A stretch of 64,000 bases of DNA from an uncultured Candidatus Saccharibacteria bacterium (lineage in GTDB: Bacteria; Patescibacteriota; Doudnabacteria; UBA920), in NCBI GenBank assembly GCA_964631145.1, contig CAZVXT010000001.1:553797-617796 (forward strand). The letters are read 5' to 3'. Made by a program: the position numbers and the translations under genes. The notes beneath the pieces are model-generated. The model made no database searches, was not told the origin of the DNA, and saw nothing but the letters and a program-made list of their open reading frames with translations. Below, one piece after another: positions 10,730-21,203 of the stretch (the stretch's first letter is position 1; each line of letters starts with the position of its first letter).

Positions 10730-10730
10730 A

Positions 10731-10768
10731 TCAAAGCCGCAGATAATTCTGCGGCTCTATTTTATTTA
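10731..10768. terminator. Bidirectional intrinsic terminator between secA and upstream + gene
   Basis: Hairpin gccgcagataattctgcggc followed by T-rich tract. Confidence 0.5.
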
Positions 10769-13470
10769 TTTAGATTCTTTTGGTGTTGCTGGGAGTTTAT
10801 TAATCCGCACTTTTTGTACTTCATTCCACTACCGCAAAAACATGGGTCGTTTCTTCCAATAGTTTCACCCCTAGGATCTGCATTAGTATTTTCCATTGCT
10901 GTTTGACCAGCTGCAGTTAGCACAACATTATTTTGGCTTGGTGCTTCAGCCTGCAGTCCTGTAGAAACACGTAAAATGGTACTACTTACCTGCTTATCAA
11001 TTTCTGCCAATAATCTGTTAAATAATCCGTGACCTTCTTTTTTATACTCCACTAATGGATCACGCTGTCCATAACCGCGAAGTCTTACCGAGTCCCGTAA
11101 ATGATCCATAGTATCTAAGTGTTCCATCCACAAAGTATCGATGGCTTGTAAGTTTACCAATCTTCCGATTTGTGCAAATTGTTCTGCACCAAATTCTTGC
11201 AGCTTTTGGTCTAAAGCTTTGTCTATTACTAAATTAATTTCATCTAAGAGTGCAAATTCTTTATCTGCTGCACTATTTACATTAGATAAAATTTGATTAT
11301 AAACTTCATTAGTAATTAGTACAAAAGCTGAAATATCTTTAATACTTTCTTTAACTGCCTCATCTTCATCTAAGCTCTCAAAATAATTTTTGATAATTTG
11401 AGCAACTTGAGATTTTAAAAGTTCTTCAAAAAAAGTTTTAGCATCAAATTGACCATTTTCTAAACCTGGCAAAAACAAACGGCGCTTTTTGTAAATTACA
11501 TTGCGTTGGTGATTTAAGACATCATCAAATTCTAATACGTGTTTGCGAGTGTCAAAGTTTAAGCCTTCTATTTTCTTTTGTGCAGATTCAATAGATCTAG
11601 ACACCATTTTTGCTTCGATTGGCTGATCGTCAGGGATTCGAAGAGTTTCCATAATGCTTTGCATACGAGTACCACCAAAAAGCCTCATTAAGTCGTCTTC
11701 CATAGAAACATAAAATTGGCTATAACCAGGATCACCTTGGCGTCCGCTACGCCCACGAAGCTGGTTATCAATACGGCGAGATTCATGTCTTTCACTACCA
11801 ATAACAGCCAAGCCGCCGCTAGCTTTTACTTTTTCTGCTTCTTCTTTATCAACTGGATTACCTCCGAGTAAAATATCCACACCGCGACCAGCGATGTTAG
11901 TAGCCAAAGTTATTGCACCAGGGCGACCGGCTTGAGCAATAATCTGAGCCTCACGTTCATGATTTTTGGCATTCAAAAGTTCAAACTGCAAACCTTCTTT
12001 TTTTAGAGCATCTGCTAAAATTTCGTTTTTAGCAATACTAACAGTACCAATCAATACTGGCTGTCCATTTTTATGACGCTCTTTTACATCTTTAGCAATA
12101 GCTGCAAACTTTGCGGCTTCATTTTTGTAAACCAAGTCAGCGGCATCTTCTCTTTGCATGCCTTTATTAGTAGGAATTTGATCTACCTCTAATTGATAGA
12201 TTTTGAAAAATTCTTCTTCTTCAGTTTTTGCAGTACCTGTCATACCAGAAAGCCTGCTATACAACCTAAACAAATTTTGAAAAGTAATTGTAGCAAGAGT
12301 TTTGCTTTCTTGCTGAATTTTTACATTTTCTTTTGCTTCAATAGCTTGATGAAGACCTTCGCTATAACGACGTCCAAACATTAATCTTCCGGTAAATTCA
12401 TCAACAATAATGACTTCACCATCTCGAACGACGTAATCTCTATCACGTTTGAATAAAGTTTTAGCACGCAGTGCAGCTTCTATATGATGAAGAGTCTGCG
12501 CACCTTTTGCGGTATCGTAAATGTTACCGACATTTAATATCTTTTCGATTTTATTAATACCATCATCTGTTAAACTTGCAGCCTTATGCTTTTCATCTAC
12601 TGTATAATCTTTTTCTTCTTCTAGCCCAGAAACAAGTTTTGCAAATTGATAATACTTATCTGTTGGATCTGTGTCTGGCTGAGAAATAATTAAGGGCGTG
12701 CGAGCTTCATCAATCAAAATACTGTCAACTTCATCAACAATAGCAAAAAATAATTCGCGTTGACGAAGCTGGCTTGCATGCTGAACCATGTTATCGCGCA
12801 AATAATCAAAACCAAATTCATTATTGGTTCCAAACGTAATATCTGCACGATACGCTTCTTGCCTAGAAACAGGACGCATATGCTTAACATCCAAAACTAA
12901 TCCTTCTGTTTGACTTTCAATTTCTGCAATCTCCTCTGCTTCGGGCATGTATTCTGGGTCATACAAAAAAGAAGCTTCGTGTTGAATGCTGGCAATTGAT
13001 AATCCCAACTTGTGATAAACAGGACCCATCAAACTAGCTTGCCATCGTGCTAAATAGTCGTTAACTGTAACAATATGAGTACCTCTTCCAGAAAGAGCAA
13101 ATAAAGCCAAAGGCAAAGTAGCTGTTAAAGTTTTACCTTCACCAGTTTTCATTTCTGCAATACGGCCTTCAGCCAAAACTAATCCACCTGCAAGCTGGAC
13201 ATCATAATGAAACAATCCAATTGCCCGACGTGCTGCTTCTCTAGTTAAAGCAAAAACTCTGCTTCTAATTGTTTTTAATTCTTTAAAAATTTGATCAGTA
13301 TCAGATACTTGGGATAACTTATTTTTAAATTCAGACATCTCTTCTAAAATCTGCTGATCTGATAATTTCTTTATTTCTTCTTCTAAACTATTAATTTCTT
13401 CAATCTGAGCTTGGTATTTGGTTAAAGGATTGCTCGAACCTCTGGAAAATAAACGTGTAAATATAGACAT
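10762..13470 (-). CDS. secA: Preprotein translocase ATPase SecA
   Basis: DEAD-like motor motifs, C-terminal zinc-binding CFCGSGMKYKKCG; ORF track start 13524 but canonical SecA N-terminus begins at M19 (MSIFTRLF…, 13470). Confidence 0.9.
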   Translation of the reverse strand: MSIFTRLFSRGSSNPLTKYQAQIEEINSLEEEIKKLSDQQILEEMSEFKNKLSQVSDTDQIFKELKTIRSRVFALTREAARRAIGLFHYDVQLAGGLVLAEGRIAEMKTGEGKTLTATLPLALFALSGRGTHIVTVNDYLARWQASLMGPVYHKLGLSIASIQHEASFLYDPEYMPEAEEIAEIESQTEGLVLDVKHMRPVSRQEAYRADITFGTNNEFGFDYLRDNMVQHASQLRQRELFFAIVDEVDSILIDEARTPLIISQPDTDPTDKYYQFAKLVSGLEEEKDYTVDEKHKAASLTDDGINKIEKILNVGNIYDTAKGAQTLHHIEAALRAKTLFKRDRDYVVRDGEVIIVDEFTGRLMFGRRYSEGLHQAIEAKENVKIQQESKTLATITFQNLFRLYSRLSGMTGTAKTEEEEFFKIYQLEVDQIPTNKGMQREDAADLVYKNEAAKFAAIAKDVKERHKNGQPVLIGTVSIAKNEILADALKKEGLQFELLNAKNHEREAQIIAQAGRPGAITLATNIAGRGVDILLGGNPVDKEEAEKVKASGGLAVIGSERHESRRIDNQLRGRSGRQGDPGYSQFYVSMEDDLMRLFGGTRMQSIMETLRIPDDQPIEAKMVSRSIESAQKKIEGLNFDTRKHVLEFDDVLNHQRNVIYKKRRLFLPGLENGQFDAKTFFEELLKSQVAQIIKNYFESLDEDEAVKESIKDISAFVLITNEVYNQILSNVNSAADKEFALLDEINLVIDKALDQKLQEFGAEQFAQIGRLVNLQAIDTLWMEHLDTMDHLRDSVRLRGYGQRDPLVEYKKEGHGLFNRLLAEIDKQVSSTILRVSTGLQAEAPSQNNVVLTAAGQTAMENTNADPRGETIGRNDPCFCGSGMKYKKCGLINSQQHQKNLNK

Positions 13471-13616
13471 AAATATTACCGGAAAACCGGACTTTCTTTT
13501 AAAATTACCAATTAAGTATACCAAATAATATATCAGTGGTCACATAAGTTTATGTTGACATATAGTGAAAAATATGTTACTTTTATATGTCTATCAAGAC
13601 ACAAAGGAGGAAAATT

Positions 13617-14414
13617 ATGATTAAAAAATTATTATTTATTGCGTTGTTGATTGGTTTTACATTTGGTTGTAGTAATAGTGGTAAAAGAGTCGTTAATGTA
13701 AATTCAAATTCGGGAGTGAAAACAGCTACTCCCATCACACCTACTACTAACCCTACTCCAGATCGAAAAGCTGAGCAGGTTAAAGAAGTAAAATATAAAT
13801 GGGACCAAATTATCAATCCCAAAAATCAGTTCCTGGATGAGGTAAAGGGTGTAAAATTTTGCACAATAGAGAATCGCTATCAAGAATTTAAATACTTTTA
13901 TGAAGGTATGCCGAATCCAAAAAATCCAAAAGGGTCATATGGTTACGATTTGGTTACATATCAAGATCTGGATTTAAAACAGGAAGATGTATTAAAAAAA
14001 TACCAAGAATTAACCAAAGAATGGCTGGATGCACTTAAGGCGGAATTTCAAAAGCCAGTTCTTAAAGGTTGTAGTATTGGCGAAGGTGGCACAAGCTATA
14101 GTCAATACACAGACATAACTGCGGAAATTGAAAGTCTCGTCTCAGACTCAGATCAAGCAATTGATTTTATCAAGGCTAAAGAGCTGCGAGATATGTGGCT
14201 TAAAGCCTTCCAAAAAGATATTGCTTTGATTAAAAACGATCCAGAGCAAAAATCTGAATTAGAAGATATTATTAGAAGGGCAACTGAGGATTATAAATTT
14301 GAAGAAAAGGAGCTTTACACAAGCGTAGCTCCAAAAAGCTCTACAAACTCCAACTCCAAAGGCAATTCTAATTCTACAAGCAACTCTAATGTAAATTCAG
14401 CAGTAAATAAATAG
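13617..14414 (+). CDS. Lipoprotein, hypothetical (N/S-rich C-terminal tail)
   Basis: AAAGGAGG RBS then MIKKLLFIALLIGFTFGCSNSG signal peptide with lipobox LIGFTFGC. Confidence 0.65.
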   Translation: MIKKLLFIALLIGFTFGCSNSGKRVVNVNSNSGVKTATPITPTTNPTPDRKAEQVKEVKYKWDQIINPKNQFLDEVKGVKFCTIENRYQEFKYFYEGMPNPKNPKGSYGYDLVTYQDLDLKQEDVLKKYQELTKEWLDALKAEFQKPVLKGCSIGEGGTSYSQYTDITAEIESLVSDSDQAIDFIKAKELRDMWLKAFQKDIALIKNDPEQKSELEDIIRRATEDYKFEEKELYTSVAPKSSTNSNSKGNSNSTSNSNVNSAVNK

Positions 14415-14509
14415 GCTAAATCTAACCGGCAGAAAGTGTTGCCGGTTTTTTCTTGACTATAATATGAAAGTGAATTATAATTTTGAGAATATCTAAAGGA
14501 GGTATTTAT

Positions 14510-14923
14510 ATGGATTTAAGAGAAACCAAACTAACAATAGACCTTAAGGATCTATCATTAAATAGAATATTTGTTAATCCAAAAAGTGAGAAATCCGTTT
14601 TACAGCAATTGATCGAATCCCAAGCATATGGAGATCTACAGCTAGCAGAATATATTGCCAATTTAGAAAATATAGCCCCTAATGATAGTAACGGCATTTT
14701 TATACCAAACTACTTTAGAGACAGCAATATTGATCCCAATGTTTTGACAGGAGAAGTAATAGACGCCGATTATGGCAGCAAGTTATTATTTCCAGAGCAA
14801 AATAATGAAAATATGGGAATTGCTTGTATATATTGGTCCGGTGCTGGTTTATATAAAATCGCCTGGATAACAAATTTTGATTATGGAATATGTTATATGG
14901 TTAAGAACAGTAATCTTGATTAA
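14510..14923 (+). CDS. Hypothetical protein
   Basis: AAAGGAGG RBS 7 nt before ATG at 14510; no recognised domain. Confidence 0.5.
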   Translation: MDLRETKLTIDLKDLSLNRIFVNPKSEKSVLQQLIESQAYGDLQLAEYIANLENIAPNDSNGIFIPNYFRDSNIDPNVLTGEVIDADYGSKLLFPEQNNENMGIACIYWSGAGLYKIAWITNFDYGICYMVKNSNLD

Positions 14924-14943
14924 TTATTCATCAAAAAATTTTA

Positions 14944-14975
14944 AAAGACTGCAATAGATGCAGTCTCTTTTTTAT
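14944..14975. terminator. Bidirectional intrinsic terminator
   Basis: agactgc-aatagat-gcagtct hairpin plus T-run. Confidence 0.55.
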
Positions 14976-15304
14976 TCCCCTCTCTTAAACCAATTGCCAA
15001 TTCTGCGGCGTAAGGATAATTTTTTATCCTTTGCTTTAGCCAACTGTGTGGATATTTTAGGAATAACCAAATCTAAGGCTTGGTAAAAATCATCACCATG
15101 ACTTTCAGCATAATAACCACCTGGGGTAATTTTTATTTCTACCCTGCTAAATTGACCAGAATTATGCTTACTATCTTCTTGTAACTCTACATGAACTTGA
15201 TGCTCAGGTCGCAAATACTTATTTAATATACTTAACTTATCTTCGATACTATCTCTTATTGCATCTGTTAAAGTTGTTCCTGTAGCTGTAATATTTATTG
15301 CCAT
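14972..15304 (-). CDS. hpf: Ribosome hibernation promoting factor / RaiA (short form)
   Basis: MAINITATGTTLTDAIRDSIEDKL…HVELQ…RVEIKITPGG typical of sigma-54 modulation/HPF family. Confidence 0.8.
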   Translation of the reverse strand: MAINITATGTTLTDAIRDSIEDKLSILNKYLRPEHQVHVELQEDSKHNSGQFSRVEIKITPGGYYAESHGDDFYQALDLVIPKISTQLAKAKDKKLSLRRRIGNWFKRGE

Positions 15305-15351
15305 ATTGTTATTTCTCCTTAACTACATTATACCATCAAAATAACAAGATT

Positions 15352-16755
15352 TTAATTTATCAAATTATATGCCAGACGATTAAAATTACCTACCGCCATT
15401 ACTACAACTACATCATTATCATATAACTCTTGGCGTAAAATATGTAGAGCTTGATCTTTGTCAGCTACTAGTCTGGCATTAGGCTGATTTTTGATTATCT
15501 CTTCCAGAACCTGACTGCCTGTAATTGTATGTTCTGGTCTTTTTTCTCTGGCTGGATAGATCTCTGCCAACAAAACCTCATCTGCATTATTAAATGCTTT
15601 GGCTAAATCTGGCAAAACGCTTTGTGTTCGACTAAATGTATGAGGCTCAAATACTGCCCACAACTTTCTGGTTGGAAATCTTTCTTTTAAAGCACTGAGA
15701 GTTTCTCTAATAGCCGTTGGGTGATGAGCATAGTCATCAAATATCAAAATACTATCTCTAGTTCCAACTAACTCCATTCGTCGCTTTACCCCATAATACT
15801 CATCCAAACCATCTTGCACTTGTTCGTGGCTAAAACCTAAAGTGCGAAGCAAACTTATTACCCCTAAAGCATTATAAACATTTATTCCGCCAAATAAATT
15901 TATTTTATATGCTTCTGTTGCTGGTTGTCCATTTACTTTTTTTTCTACATCAAAGCTTGTGTGTGATTCTAAAGTTTGTATATTTTTTGCAACAAAATCT
16001 GCTTCATTTTTTATACCAAATGATACTTGCCCAATATTGTGACCATGCATTATTTTATTAAGTTCACTGCTATCAGAATTATATACAACCAAACCATCAT
16101 CAGGCATCTTTTCGATCATCTGATTTACTTCGCTCACCAACTCATCAAGACTTGCAAACATATCTGGATGATCAAATTCTAAATTATTTAATAAGCAAAT
16201 GTCTGGATCATACTGTGCAAATTTAGGGGTAGGATCATCGTGCAAAGCCTTATACTCATCACCTTCTACAACAAAATAATGACCGTCGCCGACAAAAAAA
16301 TTGCTTTCTTCTTTTTGTAGCACAGCACCAGTCATAAAGGAGCTTTGATCTATGTAATGAAGGGCAACACCAAGCATGCCGCTAGTTGTAGATTTACCAT
16401 GTGTTCCGGCTACCACAATTCTTAATTTGTCATTCATTAAGTTTCTAAGTAGCTCACTAAAAGAATAAAGTCTAATTCCCTGTTCTTCCAACCACATCAC
16501 TTCAGGGTTATTCAAGTCTTCTCCGGCTGATGCTATATAAAAATCAGCGCCGCTATTTTTTATATTTTCTACGTTATAACCTGTAAAATATTGGATCCCA
16601 TATTTATCTAAAACAGATTTAGCAGGATCATATAACTCTTTACTATCACTACCCAAAACTTCATGCCCTAATTCTTTAGCAATACCAGCAACTGCTGACA
16701 TTGCAATTCCACCAATGCCGATAAAATAAATTTTTTCTGTTCCTGTTAAATTCAT
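15352..16755 (-). CDS. murC: UDP-N-acetylmuramate--L-alanine ligase family (MurC/Mpl)
   Basis: N-terminal FIGIGGIAMSAVAGIAKELGHEVLGSD and ATP-binding VAGTHGKSTT Mur-ligase motifs. Confidence 0.7.
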   Translation of the reverse strand: MNLTGTEKIYFIGIGGIAMSAVAGIAKELGHEVLGSDSKELYDPAKSVLDKYGIQYFTGYNVENIKNSGADFYIASAGEDLNNPEVMWLEEQGIRLYSFSELLRNLMNDKLRIVVAGTHGKSTTSGMLGVALHYIDQSSFMTGAVLQKEESNFFVGDGHYFVVEGDEYKALHDDPTPKFAQYDPDICLLNNLEFDHPDMFASLDELVSEVNQMIEKMPDDGLVVYNSDSSELNKIMHGHNIGQVSFGIKNEADFVAKNIQTLESHTSFDVEKKVNGQPATEAYKINLFGGINVYNALGVISLLRTLGFSHEQVQDGLDEYYGVKRRMELVGTRDSILIFDDYAHHPTAIRETLSALKERFPTRKLWAVFEPHTFSRTQSVLPDLAKAFNNADEVLLAEIYPAREKRPEHTITGSQVLEEIIKNQPNARLVADKDQALHILRQELYDNDVVVVMAVGNFNRLAYNLIN

Positions 16756-16756
16756 A

Positions 16757-17785
16757 CTATAAATGCTTTTTAATAATTTGAATTTGCTCTTCGTTGTGAG
16801 CTAAGATCTTTTGCTTATCTGCAATCAACTGCCACATTTGTGGCAAAAACTGCTTTGCTGTGTCTTTCCCTAGTTGATAATAATCTTGGGTTTTGCCAAA
16901 ATCTGTAAAGTGCAAGAAGAAATACTTTTTTAAAAAAGAAATTTTTGGTGCTGGGGGCACTATGAGCAAGTCGCAATTAAAGTTACTATCAGGGTCATGG
17001 TTTTGCTGAGCTTTGATCGCCAAATCCAAAGCTTTGCCCAAAACACCGAATAGGTTATGGCTATTTTTTACCACATCATCAATGGATTGATAGGTTGAAA
17101 AAAAATCAGAGTCAGTTATAAAGTTGCTTAATTTTTCGTTTAATAGCCTAATTGGTTTAGGCCAAAGAATTTTACGAATAGTATTCAACCACGACTTTAA
17201 CACAATTTGCCACTTACTAAACACATGTCTTGTAGCTCGAAGATCTATACCAATAACAATATCTGCACCAGCTGTTTGGCAAACAGAACCCGGAACAATA
17301 CTTAAAATACCCCCGTCAACTAATGATTTATTACCCCATTCAACCGGTTCAAAAATACCAGGCAAAGTAGAAGATGCGCAAATTGCTTTAGCTATATCCC
17401 CATACTGCAAATCCACTTCTTCACCGGAGTTTATATCAGTTGCAATGATCGCAAGTTTAGGATGCACATCTTCAAAATTTTTATTTCTAGTAAACACTCG
17501 TAAGTATTCTTCTACTTTGTGCAAGTTATACAAACCACCGCTGGTTTGACTACGTTCAATCAAGGATGATAAAAATTCTATATCTAGCGCTAAAGCCTGT
17601 TCCTTTAATTGATTCAAACTCCCACATGCAAAACTTCCTGCAACAATAGATGCTCCAGACATTGATGCTATAAAATCTATGGGAAAATTATTTTCCTGTA
17701 GTACTTCTAAAAATCCTATATAAAATACAGAGCGAGTAGATGCACCGCTAAAAGCTAAAGCAATTTTTAATTTAGAACTTTCCAT
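16757..17785 (-). CDS. Patatin-like phospholipase
   Basis: Oxyanion FSGASTRS, GxSxG-like SMSGAS nucleophile elbow, catalytic DGG (LVDGGILS). Confidence 0.65.
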   Translation of the reverse strand: MESSKLKIALAFSGASTRSVFYIGFLEVLQENNFPIDFIASMSGASIVAGSFACGSLNQLKEQALALDIEFLSSLIERSQTSGGLYNLHKVEEYLRVFTRNKNFEDVHPKLAIIATDINSGEEVDLQYGDIAKAICASSTLPGIFEPVEWGNKSLVDGGILSIVPGSVCQTAGADIVIGIDLRATRHVFSKWQIVLKSWLNTIRKILWPKPIRLLNEKLSNFITDSDFFSTYQSIDDVVKNSHNLFGVLGKALDLAIKAQQNHDPDSNFNCDLLIVPPAPKISFLKKYFFLHFTDFGKTQDYYQLGKDTAKQFLPQMWQLIADKQKILAHNEEQIQIIKKHL

Positions 17786-18890
17786 TAAAGATTTTTTCTA
17801 CAATTAATTTTACAATTTTCTGATCAGCATCACTAGGTATAAGTTTTGATATATTGTTTATATATTTATTCTGCCTATCCGAACTTAGTAATAGATTATG
17901 CACTTCTTTAGGTAAATCCACTTCAGACTGATCAGCTATATAAGCGGCTTCCTGTTTGTATAAAAGTTCCGCGTTCTGTTCTTGATGACTTTGTGGCATA
18001 GGCAAAATAATAGCCGGTTTTTTATAAGTTGCCAAGTCAGTAATATTATTAATGCCAGCACGACTGATAATTAAATCAGATACAATATAGGCTTCGTTAA
18101 TCTCTTCTAAAAATTCGCATTGATAATAATTAGCAAATTTAACCTCAGGATTAAGTTTACCTTTACCGGCAATATGAATTATCTGGCAAAATTTTAACAA
18201 TTTTTCCAAGTTTTGCCAAACTAAAACATTTAGACCCATAGCCCCACTACTTCCGCCATTAACCAAAACTACAGGTTTTGAATCTAATAAATTAAAATTA
18301 GTTTTAATTTCTTCTTTAGATAATTTAACTTTAGTGTTTAATCTAGGGTTACCGGTCCAGAATACTTTATTATCTTTTAAATATTTATTACCAATACCCG
18401 ATCCTTGCAAAAAATCACTAGTAGAGTTTTCAAAACTTACCGTAATTAGCTTTGCAATCGTCATGCATAAAATGTTTGATAGACTAGGAACCAAGTCTTG
18501 TTGATGAATCATAACTGGTTTACGTAGAATCCATGCTGCCCACATCAAAGGTACTTGCGCATAACCACCGGCACCTAATATCAGTATTGGTTTATAACTG
18601 AATATCCAAGACAAGCTCTGAAAAAATCCAATTACAAATAAAACTGGAGATAAAAATGTTTGTAAAGAAAAATATCTCCTTAACTTACCGGTGATTATAT
18701 TTTTACTAATATAATTTTCCTTATTAGCAAAAATAGTACCCATGCCATGCTTAACATCTATAACCACTGGTTCAATATTATTATCCAAATCACGAAGAAC
18801 CTTTGCTACAGCAAGCAAAGGAACAATAGGACCAGCAGTTTGCCCACCTGCTAAAAAAATATGTCTTTTTTTATTCATTTTCTGGTTCAT
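17772..18890 (-). CDS. murG: Undecaprenyl-PP-MurNAc-pentapeptide-UDP-GlcNAc GlcNAc transferase (GT28)
   Basis: N-terminal LAGGQTAGPIVPLLAVA (GGTGGH-like) and C-terminal SRAG…KPAILPMPQSHQEQNAELL matching MurG donor-binding region. Confidence 0.7.
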   Translation of the reverse strand: MNQKMNKKRHIFLAGGQTAGPIVPLLAVAKVLRDLDNNIEPVVIDVKHGMGTIFANKENYISKNIITGKLRRYFSLQTFLSPVLFVIGFFQSLSWIFSYKPILILGAGGYAQVPLMWAAWILRKPVMIHQQDLVPSLSNILCMTIAKLITVSFENSTSDFLQGSGIGNKYLKDNKVFWTGNPRLNTKVKLSKEEIKTNFNLLDSKPVVLVNGGSSGAMGLNVLVWQNLEKLLKFCQIIHIAGKGKLNPEVKFANYYQCEFLEEINEAYIVSDLIISRAGINNITDLATYKKPAIILPMPQSHQEQNAELLYKQEAAYIADQSEVDLPKEVHNLLLSSDRQNKYINNISKLIPSDADQKIVKLIVEKIFNGKF

Positions 18891-20082
18891 AAGTTTGACT
18901 GGTAGGTAATTTTATGGAGTTATCACTATCGACTAAAGTCATTGTAGAAGAAGGAGAATTATTGTGAAATGATTTTTCATAACACGACATGGTTAATTGC
19001 GCTGTCTTAACCCAATCAAACATACGAGATCTTTCTATACTTCGTTGTTGCATTTGTTCATGAAAAGGTAAATCGCTAACTAATAGATTAATTTTATCCG
19101 CTATATCCTCTAAATTTAATGGGTCGAAGTATATTGCTGCATTATCATAAACTTCATTAAATACTTCTGTATTAGAAGCCAATACAGGAATTCCATATTG
19201 CATTGCTTCTACTGCAGGTAAACCAAATCCTTCATGTAGTGATGCAGTTATAAAAGCAAAAGCATTTTTATAAAGTGACGATTGAACATCATTATCAGTA
19301 AATCCTGTAAATAATAAATGGTCATTATGCTTGATTAACAAAGATTGATCTTTAATTTCTGGATAATGCGGATCAACCTTTCCAGCAATGACTAAATCCA
19401 AGTCAAACTTATACTTTTCAAGAAATAAATCAAAAGCCTGGCATAAAACAACAATATTTTTTTTACGCTCTAACGTACCAACAAACAACAAGTAAGGTCG
19501 ATTTAAACCATAATTACTTTTCACACTTTCGAAGTCTGCTTCTTCATTACTCTTACGTCCAGGGGCTTCTAAAGTAACAATAATTTTTCGCGGCTCGATA
19601 TTAAGATATTTAACTATTTCATTTTTAGCAGATTCTGTAACTGTGATCACAAACTCAGACTTCCTAGCTGCGAAATTGATAATATATTTATAAATTAAAA
19701 ACTTATAATATGTGCTTTTTTTATGTCCACTAATTTTATGATGCACCATGTCATGAATTGTCACGACAAATTTACCGCGATAAAAAATAGGAACATTAAA
19801 ATTTGGGAAATGCACTAAATCTAATTTATATCGATTAAGTAAACGCACAAATAGTATTTGCTCTTGCCAAGAATAATGCCTATACGGAGCCTCAACTAAC
19901 TGAGCACCTTTTCGCTTTAAAGATTCAATTTCTGAGGAGATGACATTTTCGGGATTATAAAAAATTATAAACTGATGCTTGCTTGCATATAAATCTAGCA
20001 AATGATCAAGCAACTCAAAACTATAGCGCCCTATACCCGCATTCCTTGTTCCACCCATTCTAAAATCAAATCCAATTTTCAT
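18871..20082 (-). CDS. Glycosyltransferase family 4
   Basis: EGFGLPAVEAMQYGIPVLASN GT4 signature. Confidence 0.75.
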   Translation of the reverse strand: MKIGFDFRMGGTRNAGIGRYSFELLDHLLDLYASKHQFIIFYNPENVISSEIESLKRKGAQLVEAPYRHYSWQEQILFVRLLNRYKLDLVHFPNFNVPIFYRGKFVVTIHDMVHHKISGHKKSTYYKFLIYKYIINFAARKSEFVITVTESAKNEIVKYLNIEPRKIIVTLEAPGRKSNEEADFESVKSNYGLNRPYLLFVGTLERKKNIVVLCQAFDLFLEKYKFDLDLVIAGKVDPHYPEIKDQSLLIKHNDHLLFTGFTDNDVQSSLYKNAFAFITASLHEGFGLPAVEAMQYGIPVLASNTEVFNEVYDNAAIYFDPLNLEDIADKINLLVSDLPFHEQMQQRSIERSRMFDWVKTAQLTMSCYEKSFHNNSPSSTMTLVDSDNSIKLPTSQTYEPENE

Positions 20083-20084
20083 AA

Positions 20085-21203
20085 TTAAGATTTATATAAA
20101 CTATTTTTAATAACCTCTACCGTTTTGTCCCAAGAAAATTTAGAAGCTTGCGCTAAACCTTTCATACTTAATTGCTCTCGCAACTGCTTATCGTTTAATA
20201 CTTCATGCAATACTTTTGCAATGTGAGCCGAATTATATGGATCTACTAACAATGCAGACTCTTCGCACACCTCTGGCAAGCTAGAAACATTTGATGTCAC
20301 AACTGGTGTCCCGACTGCCATAGCTTCTAAAACAGGCAAGCCAAAACCTTCAAATATACTTGGCCACACAAAAACTTTTGCCATTTTTATTAACGCAGGC
20401 TTATCTGATTCTGGAACATAACCAAGCAAATGAATTTGTTTGTTTTTTGGACTATTGTTTATCTGAGAGATAACATCATTATAATTCCAGCCAAACTTTC
20501 CCGCAATAACCAAATGCTCATTACCTTGGAGCATGTTAAATGCCTCGATAAGTTTTATTAAGTTTTTGCGTGGCTCTATCGTAGCTACAAATAATAAATA
20601 TTCTTGAGGGAGTAAATATTTATTGCGCACACCACGCATCACGGATTGATCAATATTCGGGCGATATCTATCATGATCAACGCCCAAATGAGCAACTGTA
20701 ATTTTATTGGGATCTACGCCACAGATTTCGACAATTGATTTTTTTGTATATTCGGAAACAGCAATAATTTGATCTGCTCTTTTGCAAAGTTTTTTTATGT
20801 TTACCAGTCTATGCCAAATACGAGATTTTAAAGAATAAAATTCTGGCATTAATAATGGAGACAGGTCATGAATAACCAAAGTTAATTTGGTAGTGCTTCT
20901 TAGAGCAACCAAATTTGGATTCGGCATAAAAACATGATTAGTTTCGCCTGCCAAACTTTCGATTTTTGGAATTCCAAAGATTTTGATTAGAAGATTTAAA
21001 ATTCTATTTGGAATTCGGGTTTGTTTATACTGTGCATTTATAAACTGAAATTGCTCAAAAGTTTTTAAACCAAATCCATTATAAAATAATTTATAAGTGT
21101 TTTGATGATCAGTGGATATCAAGCGTTCTATAACGTTAGTAGTAAAAAATTCCACTCCGCTAAACTCTAAGTTATTTAAACTACGCAAATCTATGGTTAT
21201 CAT
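20085..21203 (-). CDS. Glycosyltransferase family 4
   Basis: EGFGLPVLEAMAVGTPVVTSN GT4 signature. Confidence 0.75.
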   Translation of the reverse strand: MITIDLRSLNNLEFSGVEFFTTNVIERLISTDHQNTYKLFYNGFGLKTFEQFQFINAQYKQTRIPNRILNLLIKIFGIPKIESLAGETNHVFMPNPNLVALRSTTKLTLVIHDLSPLLMPEFYSLKSRIWHRLVNIKKLCKRADQIIAVSEYTKKSIVEICGVDPNKITVAHLGVDHDRYRPNIDQSVMRGVRNKYLLPQEYLLFVATIEPRKNLIKLIEAFNMLQGNEHLVIAGKFGWNYNDVISQINNSPKNKQIHLLGYVPESDKPALIKMAKVFVWPSIFEGFGLPVLEAMAVGTPVVTSNVSSLPEVCEESALLVDPYNSAHIAKVLHEVLNDKQLREQLSMKGLAQASKFSWDKTVEVIKNSLYKS